From: Paramecium tetraurelia
Taxonomy: Eukaryota
Assembly (NCBI GenBank): GCA_000165425.1
Contig: CT868318.1
Coordinates: 771,067 to 817,033, forward strand
Reading direction: 5' to 3'
DNA: 45,967 nucleotides
Each line of letters starts with the position of its first letter. Position 1 is the first letter of the stretch. A program made the translations under genes and the position numbers. Under the pieces are notes generated by a model. It was not told where the DNA came from, ran no database searches, and saw only the letters and a list, made by a program, of their open reading frames with translations. This document shows, one piece after another, positions 23,266 to 36,146 of the stretch.

Positions 23266-25474
23266 TCATTGATGCGGTTGGGATTTAGTCTGAAGTAATT
23301 TGCTACTTTGTAATAAGGAGTTTAGTTCTGATTAATTCTATAAAGTTTATGGCTTTTAATTTTGCTAGTTTTTTTAAGATTATTCTTCGTCTTCCAATTC
23401 TTACAGTTTCTTTTTCAGCTAGGAAACAGTACTTATCATATAATCAAATGATATTTTTGATTAATCCTAGGTAGAACGAGAGGATCTTGATTAAGTTGAA
23501 TGGTTCAAAGACATATGCAATCCTTATCGATTTTGATAAATCTGAAATATAATTGGATTATACCTTTTGAGTGGTTGGAGCCTTTTTTGGTTTGGCTTCC
23601 TTTTTCATAAATTTATTAAAGAACTAGGGCATGGCTTCTAAGGTAGTCTGATGTGGCTAAGGTGGCGTATTTAATGCAGTTGATCTTTACTAGGTGTTGG
23701 CAGTTTTTGCAACACTGGCTTTGCCACCAACTGTGATTGTTCTTTATTCCATTACTGGAGGCAAGGATGAATGAAAGTTTTATGTAAAATTGCTTTTATT
23801 GATATCAAGCAAGGTATTTTACAACAGAATATTATTGGCTTATTGATCTTCTACTTTTTTTTTTAAATTTTGAGCAGCTGTCTTACTAATGCAATTAGAT
23901 TGAATATTTATACACTTTTCTTTCAAATTGAGTAAGATTGCAACACTCAGTATACTTGAGATAGCAATCCAAACAAACTTAAGTTTTGAGTTGCCTCCAA
24001 CTGGGATTAAATTTTAATTGTTTGTATTTATCTTCAGATAGCTTTCCCCATACTTTCAGAATCAAAGCGGGGACACTTTTAAAATTCAATTTGCAATCTT
24101 CTTATTCTTCATCTAAATATCGACACAACTCTTAAATTTCAGCATGAACTTAATCAGAAGTCTTCTAATTATTTACAAGTTTATATTTCTCAACCAATAT
24201 TTCCTATTGACTTTAAGTACCAGAAATTTATTAATTCGATTGTTATTCAAAATAATTGGACAATTAATAATCTAATTATACTTTTATATCTGAAATACCT
24301 TTATGGATAAATTATTTTGATCTAGTCTTAATATGTTAGTTTAACTTGAGTAATTCGCTTTTTTTATCATTTTTCAATTTAATCTTTTACAAATCTTCCG
24401 GTAGTCTTGTGAATTCATTGCTTACTAATGACTAATAATATAAATAAATTAATGTTACTCTTTCAAAACTTTCAATTATCTATTCGAATTATAATTAGTA
24501 GAGTTCTTATGAAAATAAATCACAATTTGAACAAACGCTTTCTAATTAATACAATAATTCTTCAATTTGTCCTTCACTATTGTATTTAACGACTTTTTAA
24601 ACATTCTCTGTTCCTGTAATGACAGGTTCAAGATCTCTCCTTATTATTTTAAAAAGAGGAGAGTCTGTTCTATGTTTGTCTGGATGTGTTGAAAACTTAT
24701 CTTTAACTTTGATGCCAGTGCAAAACATCAACCAAATTCTATTCTCTTGATCTACTTTGAAGTATAACACCATTCTAATAATTTATATGTTTCCTCCTGA
24801 GACTTCTTGTACATGCTTGACAATATTCACACATAATTATTCTAAGTCAGAACTTAATAATGGTGAACTTATAGAATCTGAAACAGATAAGTATTCAGGA
24901 CCATCAAAAGTACTAACTCTTTCATACAATGGTTTTTTTAAATCATTCATGTTGTTGATGTTTGTTTTCCTATTAATTAAGCAGAATTGAGGAGACCATG
25001 TTACCTTAATCATTGAATTGTGATCACTCTTTGGATATATAAATCTAAAAATATCAGCTGAAATTTCTACTTCTGAAGGATTGAATTTAGTTCCTTTTCC
25101 CTCTAATATAAGAATTTACCAAAGTTCTCTTTGTCAAAATATTCGAAGTTGATTATTTCTTATTATTTTGATTGAGCCTAAAAAGTTGTTAATCAATATT
25201 ACTTGACTAGTTAATAGAACAGCAACGGTATTATCTTATAAAAATGCTTACTCAACTTGTTCAATAAACACTCTTTCCTTTGTTTTCCTTATGATTTGAC
25301 CATTCTAAGCAGTAAAATACCCTATTGTATAGATTGTTGATTACTAAAGTAAGGTTGTGCCCATCTGTATATGACAGTGTCTGCTAGAAAGACTCCGTTA
25401 CAACTGTGACCAGAATTTGGGTTCTTTTTCCAAAGATGGAAGAAGAGCCACTCAGTACAAGTTCCAAGTTTCAT
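23266..25474 (-). CDS. Uncharacterised protein with globular N-terminal domain, two CxxC motifs and a low-complexity tail
   Basis: MKLGTCTEWLFFHLWKK…ADTVIYRWAQPYF…WYFTAQNGQIIRK…ILQK|FIYPKSDHNSMIKVTWSPQF…FKVDQENRIWLMFC…CSNC…CLDC; ends …KSQPHQ*. Confidence 0.75.
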
Positions 25475-25586
25475 AACTTTATTTAATAATAATTATTAGT
25501 CAATATAAATTATATTGTTAACATATTATTTTTATTGTTCAAAGTATATTGAGTTGAATGATAGATTTGATAATTTATAAAATATA

Positions 25587-26666
25587 TCATAAAAATAAGT
25601 TTTACTTTAGTTCTTCTTACAACTAATTTTGGAATGTTTCATTCTATTTGATAAATACATCTATCATCTTACTTAGACTGCACATTTAAATTAACTAAAC
25701 TTTGAACTACTGATGGCTAATCTTTGTATTCGATTGAATGCTGCTGGGGTTTAATAGTAGTCATCACTAAATATATCAAATTCACTTCTACTTATATACT
25801 TTTGAAGGAGTCTGATCTAACTATTGCATTGAAAACATTTGTCTTGATTCTATTTGGACTGGTTGCACATTATTCAAATTTTTGTTCTCCTTATCCTTCT
25901 CTTTTTCGATTTCTTTCATTTGATTTTTCTTATATATCAAATATTTTCTATGCATTCTATTTCTTCTCGGATGTTTGCTAATATACTTGCTTCTGATTTC
26001 AAACTTCATATATTCTTAATATACATTATTATTCAAATTGCTTCGAGTTCTGAGGGATGTGTTTTGACTTGGTTTTATTGCTGGCTCATCAATCTCATCT
26101 TCCTCATCATCTGTGTCTGTGATCAAGCTTACATACTTTTTATTTAAAAATATTATTTCAATTGCTTTCCTTTCATAAGGGTTCACAAATTAATCTAAAA
26201 AAGTATGCCTACCTTCTTTAATTCAAATTTAAAACCCTTTTTATTAAAATTGTTATCTTATTTTCTATAACTTTTCTCTAAATTCACTCATTCTCTTCTT
26301 CATTCCAGAGTTCCAATGATTCTTTATTGCATTATCAGTTCTTCCTTCTAAATGCTTAGCAATTTCTGCCCATTCATTACTAATAGCTTCATGATACAAA
26401 TATAAAATCCATTCTTCCTCATATTCCCAAGGTGACTTTTTTATCAAAGGATTCAAATGATTATGCCAACTATATTACTCAGCATTGCATACCGTTCCCT
26501 ACATTGTTTTCCAATTCTACCTTATAACTTAGATGCTATAAATGTCCATTTATGTGGCCCATATTATTCAACTAATTGCATAACCTAAGCATCCTCATAA
26601 TCACTCCATGGTTCTAGATCTAAAAAATCATGTACTTTTTTTAATTTTTTCAACCTTTTTTCTCAT
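25587..26666 (-). CDS. R2R3 Myb transcription factor
   Basis: PWSDYED…YGPHKWTFIASKLQGRIGKQCRER|WHNHLNPLIKKSPWEYEEE…WAEIAKHLEGRTDNAIKNHWNS. Confidence 0.93.
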
Positions 26667-27240
26667 TCAAAATTATAATTATTTGCAATATATTTATAAA
26701 ATTAACGATTATAAAATTCATTGTTATCAATAAAATCTAATACATTTAATAAAATCATTTTATCCTTTTTTTCTAAACCTATAACTCTTTTCCATCCTTA
26801 CTTATCTAGTTTTAGTTATTCAATTACAAAATATGGTTTAATTATTTGTTAAAAATACGATAAATAATTCATAAATTCGTTTTTTAATAACTTGGTACCA
26901 TGCTTAGACAATAAGTTTATTTGAAATCTTAAGATTCCTATTTCAAAATACAAACTAAACGAATATATCTTTATGAAATAATTGCAGAAATTATTATTGT
27001 TCCAGAACAAATTCCTTTTACTAAAATTATTCTGATATACTCAGCTATTTGAGTTAGAAGACAGTGATTCATCAATTGAAATACAACTCATACGTTTTAG
27101 AACATTAATGTGAACTCTTATATGAAGATATAATGGCTATTTTTAATTCATTCTATGAATTATCTCAGAACTATCTATGTGAATTCGTATAGATTTTTAA
27201 TTTATTCTTTTAATAAAATATCAATTCTCATTTATGACTT

Positions 27241-27435
27241 TCAATCATTTTCATCTTAAGAATGAGTTTCTCCTTTTTCTTAAGAAAAAGTAAATAGTAT
27301 AGGTTGAAGAACTATTTTGAAACCACTCCTATTCTTGAAGAATTCCATTTTATCAATCTCTAATAATTATTATTCGAAGGAAGGATTATGGTCATTTAAC
27401 TACACTTGTCTGCCTGTTTGTATATGGCATCCCAT
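27241..27435 (-). CDS. Small (64 aa) protein with MGC N-terminus
   Basis: MGCHIQTGRQVQLNDHNPSFEQQLLEIDKMEFFKNRSGFKIVLQPILFTFSQEKGETHSQDEND*; AT-rich ATG context. Confidence 0.5.
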
Positions 27436-27605
27436 TAATAAATTTAATTATTTTAAGTTTCAATCTTTTCGAATTTGGAAATCATTACACAACCAAATTA
27501 ATCAAAGGATACAAATGAAATCAAATGAATTATTCATATTTCTTTATATATAGTTATTTTTGGCTCTAATAATTTTAATGTTAATTTTATTATTTAATTG
27601 TCGTT

Positions 27606-28466
27606 ATGAGTTGCGATGACAATTAGCTCGATGCATCCAGCATATCTATTATTAAAAAATTCCTAAATTCAGAACTTCTTGATGAATCTGATTTTGAATT
27701 AGAACAAACTAATCAAAAGAACAAAAAACCTTAATAGTTCAACCTAAATTAAATGCTTGAATAAAGGAAAGGGAAAAACTGTTAAATAAAAGAATATGAA
27801 TCCTAAGAAAATAGAGACCTAAATTATCTGATTGGTGAATTAAGATTAGAGTAACAGAATTTTTAGGCCGAATTAGAACATATACAACGCTAATTTATCT
27901 AAGAAATAAACTTTGTAATGCAAAAGGTTTTTGATTAGAATAAGTTGTATTATAAACAATAAGAATATCAATTGAATTTAATCCAATAGAAGAGACAAAA
28001 ATTATCAGTTTAATCTCCTTAACAATCACATTCATTTTTGTATCAAATGAACCCAAATTTATAGTAATACTAGAAATTTAATAAAGAAATTAAAAATAGT
28101 TTAGTAAAATTATTACACAATATTAAAACAGCAAAAATCTATTAAGAAACTTTTACTCTGTAAGATTAATAGTATGATTCCCAAACCTCAAGATCTCCTC
28201 TCGCTTAATTAAACAAACTCTTCTCTAGATAAGGGTCCCTTGAAAAAAAATAACCATTTACTAACAGAATCACCAATTCGAATATGAAACTTAATTTAGT
28301 GATGCCAATGAAAAGAGACACACAATCCTTTTGGAATCAACCAAGTGAAAGAAAATGTAGTATGACTTCCAAATTAAGTTCGAGTCCATATGAGAAAAGA
28401 GATAAATGCTAAGTCCAACAAGCTTTATACAAATAGTCTTCAGATTTCTTAAAATTTAGATGCTGA
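27606..28466 (+). CDS. Hypothetical protein (286 aa), apparently intronless; coiled coil followed by an S/P-rich region
   Basis: ATG 27606 in frame with TGA 28464-28466. Confidence 0.7.
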
Positions 28467-28775
28467 TATTGAATCATAATTTTACTATTATATTTTTATT
28501 AAGATTAGTCAAGATAATTTTGACTTTAATATCATATAAAATTTACAATTAAAATGCAATTCAATTTAACCTAATAGCTCAAATTAAACAATTATTTTAC
28601 AACAGAAAAGAAAATAGCCTTAGTAGTTATTTTATCTATTTTATTTAAAATACAGAATGGAGTTTTTTTTGCAAAGTCAATTTTCTGTGTATTAAATTTA
28701 AAAATGTATATATGGTATATTATAGACAATGATAATTACATTCACGAAATCATTATTATTTTTAATTAAATTTGC

Positions 28776-28937
28776 ATGTAATCAAATAATCCATAAATCA
28801 ATTCACGCCAAACCTAAATCAAATTACCAACCTAATTAGAAGAATAAAATTTAGGCAGTACTTCTGAAGTTCCATATGCCATCACAAAGAATCCCATAGT
28901 TTAGAGAAGGGAATCAAAAAGGAAAACCAGTGCTTGA
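28776..28937 (+). CDS. Small (53 aa) protein with KNPIVQRR motif
   Basis: MQSNNPQINSRQ…PYAITKNPIVQRRESKRKTSA*; locally higher GC than its flanks. Confidence 0.4.
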
Positions 28938-29664
28938 TTAAATTATGCATGTTACATCTTGGCAATCTTTATAAATCTATTTTATTCAATAATACTTAAT
29001 TTCTTCTGATTCTTCGAGGGCAGATCTTTATAACGATCATAATTGTAAAATTAGAAACAAATAAACGGCATTTTTATATTTCCATAAAGTCCTCTTGCTA
29101 TTTTCTCATAATAACTATTAGTCAAAGATTATTACAGAAAATGAAAGAGAGTTTACAATAAAATTGCATGAATGAAACTTAAAAAACAAAAAAGCATCCA
29201 AAGCATCTAAAATTGTAATTTATATTTTTGACTATATAATCATAAATTATATTCAATTTTGTGAACTTTAAAAGTTTTTTGTACAGAAAAATCTAAATTT
29301 GACTAGAAATACGATACCTAACAAAATTTTTATAGTATTAATCGTAATAAAGATTGGAAATTATGTAAAAATAATTGAATATTACTTGGATCGAATCGAC
29401 AAATATACTATTTAATATATTTAATACAAATAATTCATCTTTTCCAAATTTTAAAAAAATACTAATAAAATAATATTAAGGTAATATATTATAATTATAC
29501 TATAAATTTATCCTCTATTTCTAGTACAGAATTGTAACGAAAGAGCAAAGATGACTTGCTTTTATACATTATACATCACTTTAATCTTCTGATTTTATTT
29601 ATTTATAATATTAATTTTATTAGAAAGTTTTATTAGATTAATCTAATATTATTTCTTTAGTAAT

Positions 29665-31551
29665 ATGGACAAGCCGCCAATCAATTCTCGATAATTTTCA
29701 AGACAAAAAAGCTAGCCTCTCATAAAACCAATTACACCTTAAGTTTATAGAAATATTTATATAATTTTAGAACAACTTTCGAATCAGCAATCATAATCAA
29801 TTTTAAAACAAACATAAGATACAAAGAACCTCCAATAATTTTTTTAATAATAGTCAGGAGTGCTTAAAGAATGAAAATTAGAATGTAAGTCAAAAGAAAT
29901 TGGGATAGGATTACAAATAGTTTTATTTTGAGAAGGAAGACCAAGAGGAAGAAGTTTCATTTAAATAATTATGCTTAGAAATGAGTAAATTTTTATGAGC
30001 TTCAAAATATGTTATTGAACCTGTGTTTGGAGAATCTCATTGTTATAAATATTATATCATAATTTTTATTGTAGTTATGAATAAATCACCAGGTAGCAGT
30101 CCCAAGCATTCATAATCTAACAATCCAAGGATTAATAAATATAGAAACCTCATAAAGAATTCTAACTTCCAATTGGCTCATACTTAAAAAGAAGTAGATG
30201 ACTTGTTAATTGCTTCTCCAATAACATCTTTCTCTGCTCCAAGAGGTAAGAAATTCAAGGCTTCATTTTGTAAATTTCTGGCTGGAAATATAGATACAAA
30301 ACAATTGATTGATCATAGCAATTTTCCAACAACAATAGAAAACATGAATGACAAATTTGAGTATGTCAAATCACATAAGGAATCTGTTTGTTCTTTCAAA
30401 GATTCAGTAGTCAATAAAGAACATTTACAAATTAACTTATTGGAGGATAAATTAGCCAAATTGAAGAATACCAACAATAAAACCTAGGCTGAAAATAAGA
30501 GAGAAAGACTTTATGAATTATCATTGCAAGTAAAGAAGGACAAAAAAAAGTTGTCTAAATAGGAGAAGGCTCTATTAAAATGGAAGAAAATTAAAGATGT
30601 TAGTAAATATATATAAGATAGGTAATACAAAATAATATACAACTCAGAAGAATGATTATAGATGAAAAAAGAAAGTAAACCAAATTTTTAGATAACTTAG
30701 AAATTGCTTTTCATAAATCCTCTGATTTCTACATTCAGAATTTAAGATTTCATTAATTACGTACCATGACAGTACTCAAGGAAAAAAAGCTTTCGAATTC
30801 CAATAACTAAAATTTAAGTCCAAGACATTATCATTTTTTGTTAAGTTTATAATTTAAAGAAAACTCCGATGATTTTTTATTTAATCGTTTCACAACAATT
30901 TCTGAACATCTCTAAAACCTTATGAAAAATAATGATTAAATTTATGATAGAGTACTAAATCTCTATCTAAATAAAAAGGAGATTTATCTGCAATGGGTAA
31001 AAGAGTAAAAAGAAAGGAAAATAATCAATAGGAAATAAAGTAAATAATAATATTCAAATGATATACAAACAAGTACATCAAATTCATTAGGCTTAAATAA
31101 ACACAAACCTATGCAGAGAGTAGAAAATCCATTTTAACAAACATAAAGATTTAAGGATTATCAAAACAAATTGATAGAATAAGTCAATGATATTGAATAA
31201 ATAGATTAAGACTCGAAAAGTCAATTAAAATAATTATTACAAAAGAGTAACAAAAAGAAGAATCCTGAGGGTGTAATTAAGCATAATAGATTTCTATCCT
31301 ATCCTACTAATTCCAATAGCGATTAAATCGATGATTTCTAAGATAACATATCAAATGCTTCTATCACAGAAGCCCTATTGGACCAACTGTATTCGGGAGC
31401 TAATACCTTATAATAGAAAATCAACAACAACAAAGGTTTGACATTTTAAAGGAAGGTTCGAGATTATTTGAGATTGGAAGAAATTAAATTATAAACTATT
31501 CGCGCTAATAATTTAAAACTAATTCCTAAATAACATGACTAAATTAAATGA
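29665..31551 (+). CDS. Hypothetical K/Q/N-rich protein
   Basis: MDKPPINSRQFSRQK… with micro-introns near 29742, 30050 and 30600; TGA 31549-31551. Confidence 0.6.
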
Positions 31552-31566
31552 TTATTATATTTAAGT

Positions 31567-33028
31567 ATGACTGATGACTTAATGATACTAAAATCTCCTC
31601 TGAATTTCAGAAAAGTAGTTAATTTTTGTAACATAGAATTCTGAATATGAGCCTTAAAGAATTCTAGTTGGAGTTACAGGTGGTTCAGCGGCTGGCAAGA
31701 CCACTTTATGTGAGACTATAAAAAGAGAGATACAATTTGATTCTGATGTCGATATGACAATTTTATCCTGTGATTCTTTTTACAAGGAAGTTGACAAAAC
31801 CAAAATCGATATAACTCAATATAATTTTGATCATCCAGACTCCATTGATTGGGATTATGCATTTCAAGTAATTTCTACTTTATTATCTGGTAAACCATCG
31901 AAAATACCTAATTACTCATTTGTTACCTATAAAAGAGAGAATGAAGATGGAATCATTATACCTGCTCAAGTTATTGTATTTGAAGGCATTTTAGCGTTGT
32001 ATGATGAAAGAATTAGAAATTGTATGTCATATAAAATATTCATACATTGTGATGGTACTTTTAAGCTCTAAATAATATAGATGATATCAGGCTGTGTAGA
32101 AGAATCATTAGAGATGTTAATGAGAGAGGAAGAAACGTAACAAGCGTCCTATTTTAATATAGTTAATTTGTTAAACGCTCCTTTGAAAATTTCATTTAAC
32201 CATTTATGAGCTAGGCTGATCTTATTATTCCAGGTCATAGATCAAATCATGTATCAGTGGCTTTTATTGTGAACCATCTCAAAAATATGGCAAAATAGAA
32301 TGGATTGCTAAGAGAGAAGTTAAATACTTAACTTTATTTTGGGGATATTTTATATTCAGTTGATGGTTTCATGCGCAATAGAACTTAAATGGATTTCACA
32401 AAATATGATTCAAATTATAAATAATTATTTTTCCCTGAAGAACAATTTAAAAATGAATTGCTTTACATAACCTAAAATTTCTTAGGGGGATAATTATAGA
32501 CAAAGAAAGCTATTTATAAAATGATTAAACTCTGTTTTAAATAAACCTTCATTATGTTCGAAAAATGTTTAGCATAAAATAAATAAACATTTGATTAAGT
32601 CAAGTGTTATCATTTAAACGATTTATTGAAGAAAGATTTCATTCCAGATAAGGACTTTTCTACAATAATTGTGGCTGTCCCATATATGTTTAGAAATGGT
32701 ACATAGAAACTACATTTAGTAGAAGAGAAGTTAAAATAATTTTAGCATGTAAATAATTTAGTTACTTAAGATTCAATTGATTGTGATTAATATTTTTTCA
32801 GATATCAAAGCAGTGACTGATATCAATTGGACGTTTAAGAGATTGAAAATCTTGATCAATGCATTTTTAGTAGGTAAATTGGATAAATTAAAAAGTCTTT
32901 TATTGATTCAACAGGAACAAGAACCTGATATCATGTTTTAGCAGGACAGATTTTATAAAAAATTGTTAGAGTTTGTCAATAAAAAACAACAAAAAAATCT
33001 AACAAATTAAGATGATGACTATTGTTGA
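31567..33028 (+). CDS. Uridine/cytidine kinase with a C-terminal degenerate UPRTase-like domain
   Basis: VGVTGGSAAGKTT, SCDSFYK, YNFDHPDSIDW, IPNYSFVT, VIVFEGIL, RLCRRIIRDVNERGR, ADLIIP; introns near 31615, 32055 and 32748. Confidence 0.9.
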
Positions 33029-33814
33029 TCTATTTAATAAATAGGATTTGTAATAAATTATAGAATATGTTAAGTAATTCTCTTATGCAATCATTCATGA
33101 ATGAGTTTGTTTATTTCAATTGTCATTTTTTTATTTTCTGAAGAATTTTAAACATGCTTTCATTCTCATACATATAGTCTCATTACTAATAATATTAACG
33201 GCTTTATTTTATAATTTTAGTTTTATGATTAGTTTGATTTTTGAAATCTTATTATATTGGATTCTTGTTTTAAAAATATTGTGACTATTACTTTAAAATA
33301 AGAAGCTTAAAGAGAAATCATATAAATTTCTTTTGATCAAAAAACTCTATTACAAAGCAGACGATGAAGAAAACTTAAATAATAATATCTTAAAAACTGT
33401 ATTCATTGAGTGATTCTCTATTTGTAGATGCGATGAAAAATTTACAATCTAGAATGATTTAACTTATCAAGAAGAGTCGAAATTATAAATGAAATAAATA
33501 GATTTTCTTTCATTTCATGTAAGTACAAATTTGTTCAATTAAATCAAGAGAATATCATTCAAAAATAGACCCCTTTTCCTAATTAATGAATTTAGTCTTA
33601 TGTTCCTTATTTTATACTTCTAATAGGAGTTTTATAGATTATTTTTTAAATAGATGTCTAAAATATTATTTGTAGAAACAATTCTAAGTAATCAGAATTA
33701 TTTACATTTTTCATTTCATCACATCGCCTCTTCTGTACATTTTTTTTCTTGCTTTGAACAATATTTTACGAATAATTTATATATTTAATAATATGTGTCT
33801 TATTTAATATTTTA

Positions 33815-36127
33815 ATGAATTCATGTATTAAATCAATAGGCAATGCAAAAATACTTCAGATAATGTTAATTGCTGATAGCTTACTTATTCATATACAATC
33901 CTATTTAATTTCAAATTATAATTATTTGATAATAGCACTATCACTAACATGCTTTCATGGAATAGTTCTAACATTTGAACATTTTTTAAAGGGCAAAAAT
34001 AAATTATTTAATTCACTTTTTAACGCATTTAAAGGAGTAGCTCAAATCATTGTTCATTATTTATTGGAGTAAAATTGGTTAATTTTTGCTGGAATATAAT
34101 TAGTTTGCCTTTTAAAATAGGATGTCCTACATGTAAATTATGTTTCTTCTATTTTTTTCATCACTTAAATATTTTGCGTAGCCTTTAGCAAAAAAGATTT
34201 CATTATAATAGGGGTTATTAGAACTGTATTTAATTATTTGTTTATAAGTCAAATTTTTAGGATTGAAAAGCAAAATAAATTAATTTAATTAGAAAACCTT
34301 CTCAAACATATATAACATAATGAATTTTGTTTGCTAGATAGCAATTTCAATCCAATATTTTAATTATAATTTTTTAATGAATTAAAAGGAGAACAGGTAG
34401 TTGGCGGATAGGAATTCTATAATTAGACAAGAATAATAACTCCTAGAGATAACACTACCAATTTAATCAGGGATATGCCATCAAATTTTGAAGATGAAAT
34501 GAAACAAACCTTGTCCATTTAAGAGATTCTATATCATGTTAAAAAGAGTAAAGTGCATTTGAAGAAAAAGTTGTATTATCAATTGAACAACTCAAATTAT
34601 AATATCTCCATAGAGAATATTCTTTTGGATGATTATAACTCAATTGTTATGATTTAAAAAAATAAACAATTTGAAAATTCGCAATCCAGCAATAAAATCA
34701 ATTTTATGATTAAAACTGTTCGAAAGGTTTCTCATGATATGAGAAATCCTTTGAATGCAATAATTAATATGTAAATGTGTTTAAAAGATTATATTGACTA
34801 AGAATTAGTTTTAAAATATCTTAAACCTTCTCTTAATTCTTGCCATTTATTACTTAATCTAATTAATGACATCTTAGATTAAGCTTAAGTTGAGAATAAA
34901 AAGTTAAAGTTGGTTTATAAAAAATTCAATTTGGAAAAGTTAATCTGCAAAACTATTTCAATATTTGATTCGCTAAAGGATAAGAAAGATATTAACATAA
35001 CATTTAACTATGACTCTAAATTACCAATCTTAGTAAATTCTGATAAGTTTCGAATCAGATAAATCATTATGAATTTACTTAGTAATGCGATTAAATACAC
35101 AAGACCAAGTGGAGAAGTCTATATTGATTGTTCCGAAAGTTCCCAGAGAAAGAATTTCATAAGAATTAGTATCTAAGACACAGGTTACGGAATCAAGCCA
35201 GAAAATTTATAATATTTATTTAAAGAGTATTCTAAAATTGAGGATGGTGAAAATTAAAATTTAAATCCTTTCGGAGTAGGCTTAGGATTGATGATCAGTA
35301 ACGAATTAGCTAAACTATTATCTAATAACGGAATTTAAGTTTAATCAGAATTTGGAATAGGCTCCAAATTTTATTTTGAAATAGAAAACAAATAACTTCC
35401 TCCTGAGGATATTTCAGAATCTTAGCTGTTAATAAATCATCAAAATGGTTTACCTTCTTTGGATGTACATTTTTTTACTGGGCTTAACTCACAAAAATCT
35501 CCAACCATTTCATTAGCTTTGCCTCAGATTGAAAGTAGCAAGAAAATCATTTTAAAAAAGTCCTAGAAAACTATTACTCTGATGAATAATTCTGTCCACA
35601 ACCTAACAAAACACAAAGGAAAAAACGATGAAAAAAGCATTGCAAGAAAATCTTCATTATCTGCCAAACAAGTAGAGATGTTAATTTAGAAATGGTATGT
35701 AAGTACTAATTATAAACCTCCCGTTTTAATTGTAGATGATGATGAAATCAATATTCTCGTTTTATAGTACTTATTAGAATAAATGGATATAAGTTCGGAT
35801 TCAGCAATGAATGGAATGACATGTTTGTAGAAATTCGTAGAGAGATAGAATGATGGTATCTCCTATCAATTGGTGTTTTTGGATATCAATATGCCTGTCA
35901 TGGATGGGTATGAGTTGGCCAAAAAATTAATTTAAATTGATCCTCTTATTATATTAATTGCTTGTTCGGGTGATGCATCCGATTAACATTAATTAGAACA
36001 ATGTAAATAATCAGGAATTCTTGGTTGTATTCTTAAACCAATCCTCAAAAATAATTTAAAAGAATTACTAGTCAAACTATCTGAAGGAATCAAACATGAT
36101 AGTTAATAATTTTCATATTATTGCTGA
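33815..36127 (+). CDS. Membrane-anchored hybrid sensor histidine kinase (TM-HisKA-HATPase-receiver)
   Basis: N-terminal hydrophobic segments; H-box VSHDMRNPLNAI; N-box NLLSNAIKYT; DTGYGI; GVGLGL; receiver LIVDDD…FLDINMPVMDGY…KP; intronless frame of 770 aa. Confidence 0.93.
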
Positions 36128-36146
36128 TTACAATATTTTATATATA

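Noticed and set aside
19049..33028. Metabolic cluster of DAHP synthase, HGPRT and uridine kinase
   Set aside because: Different pathways, mixed strands and unrelated genes in between; no evidence for co-regulation
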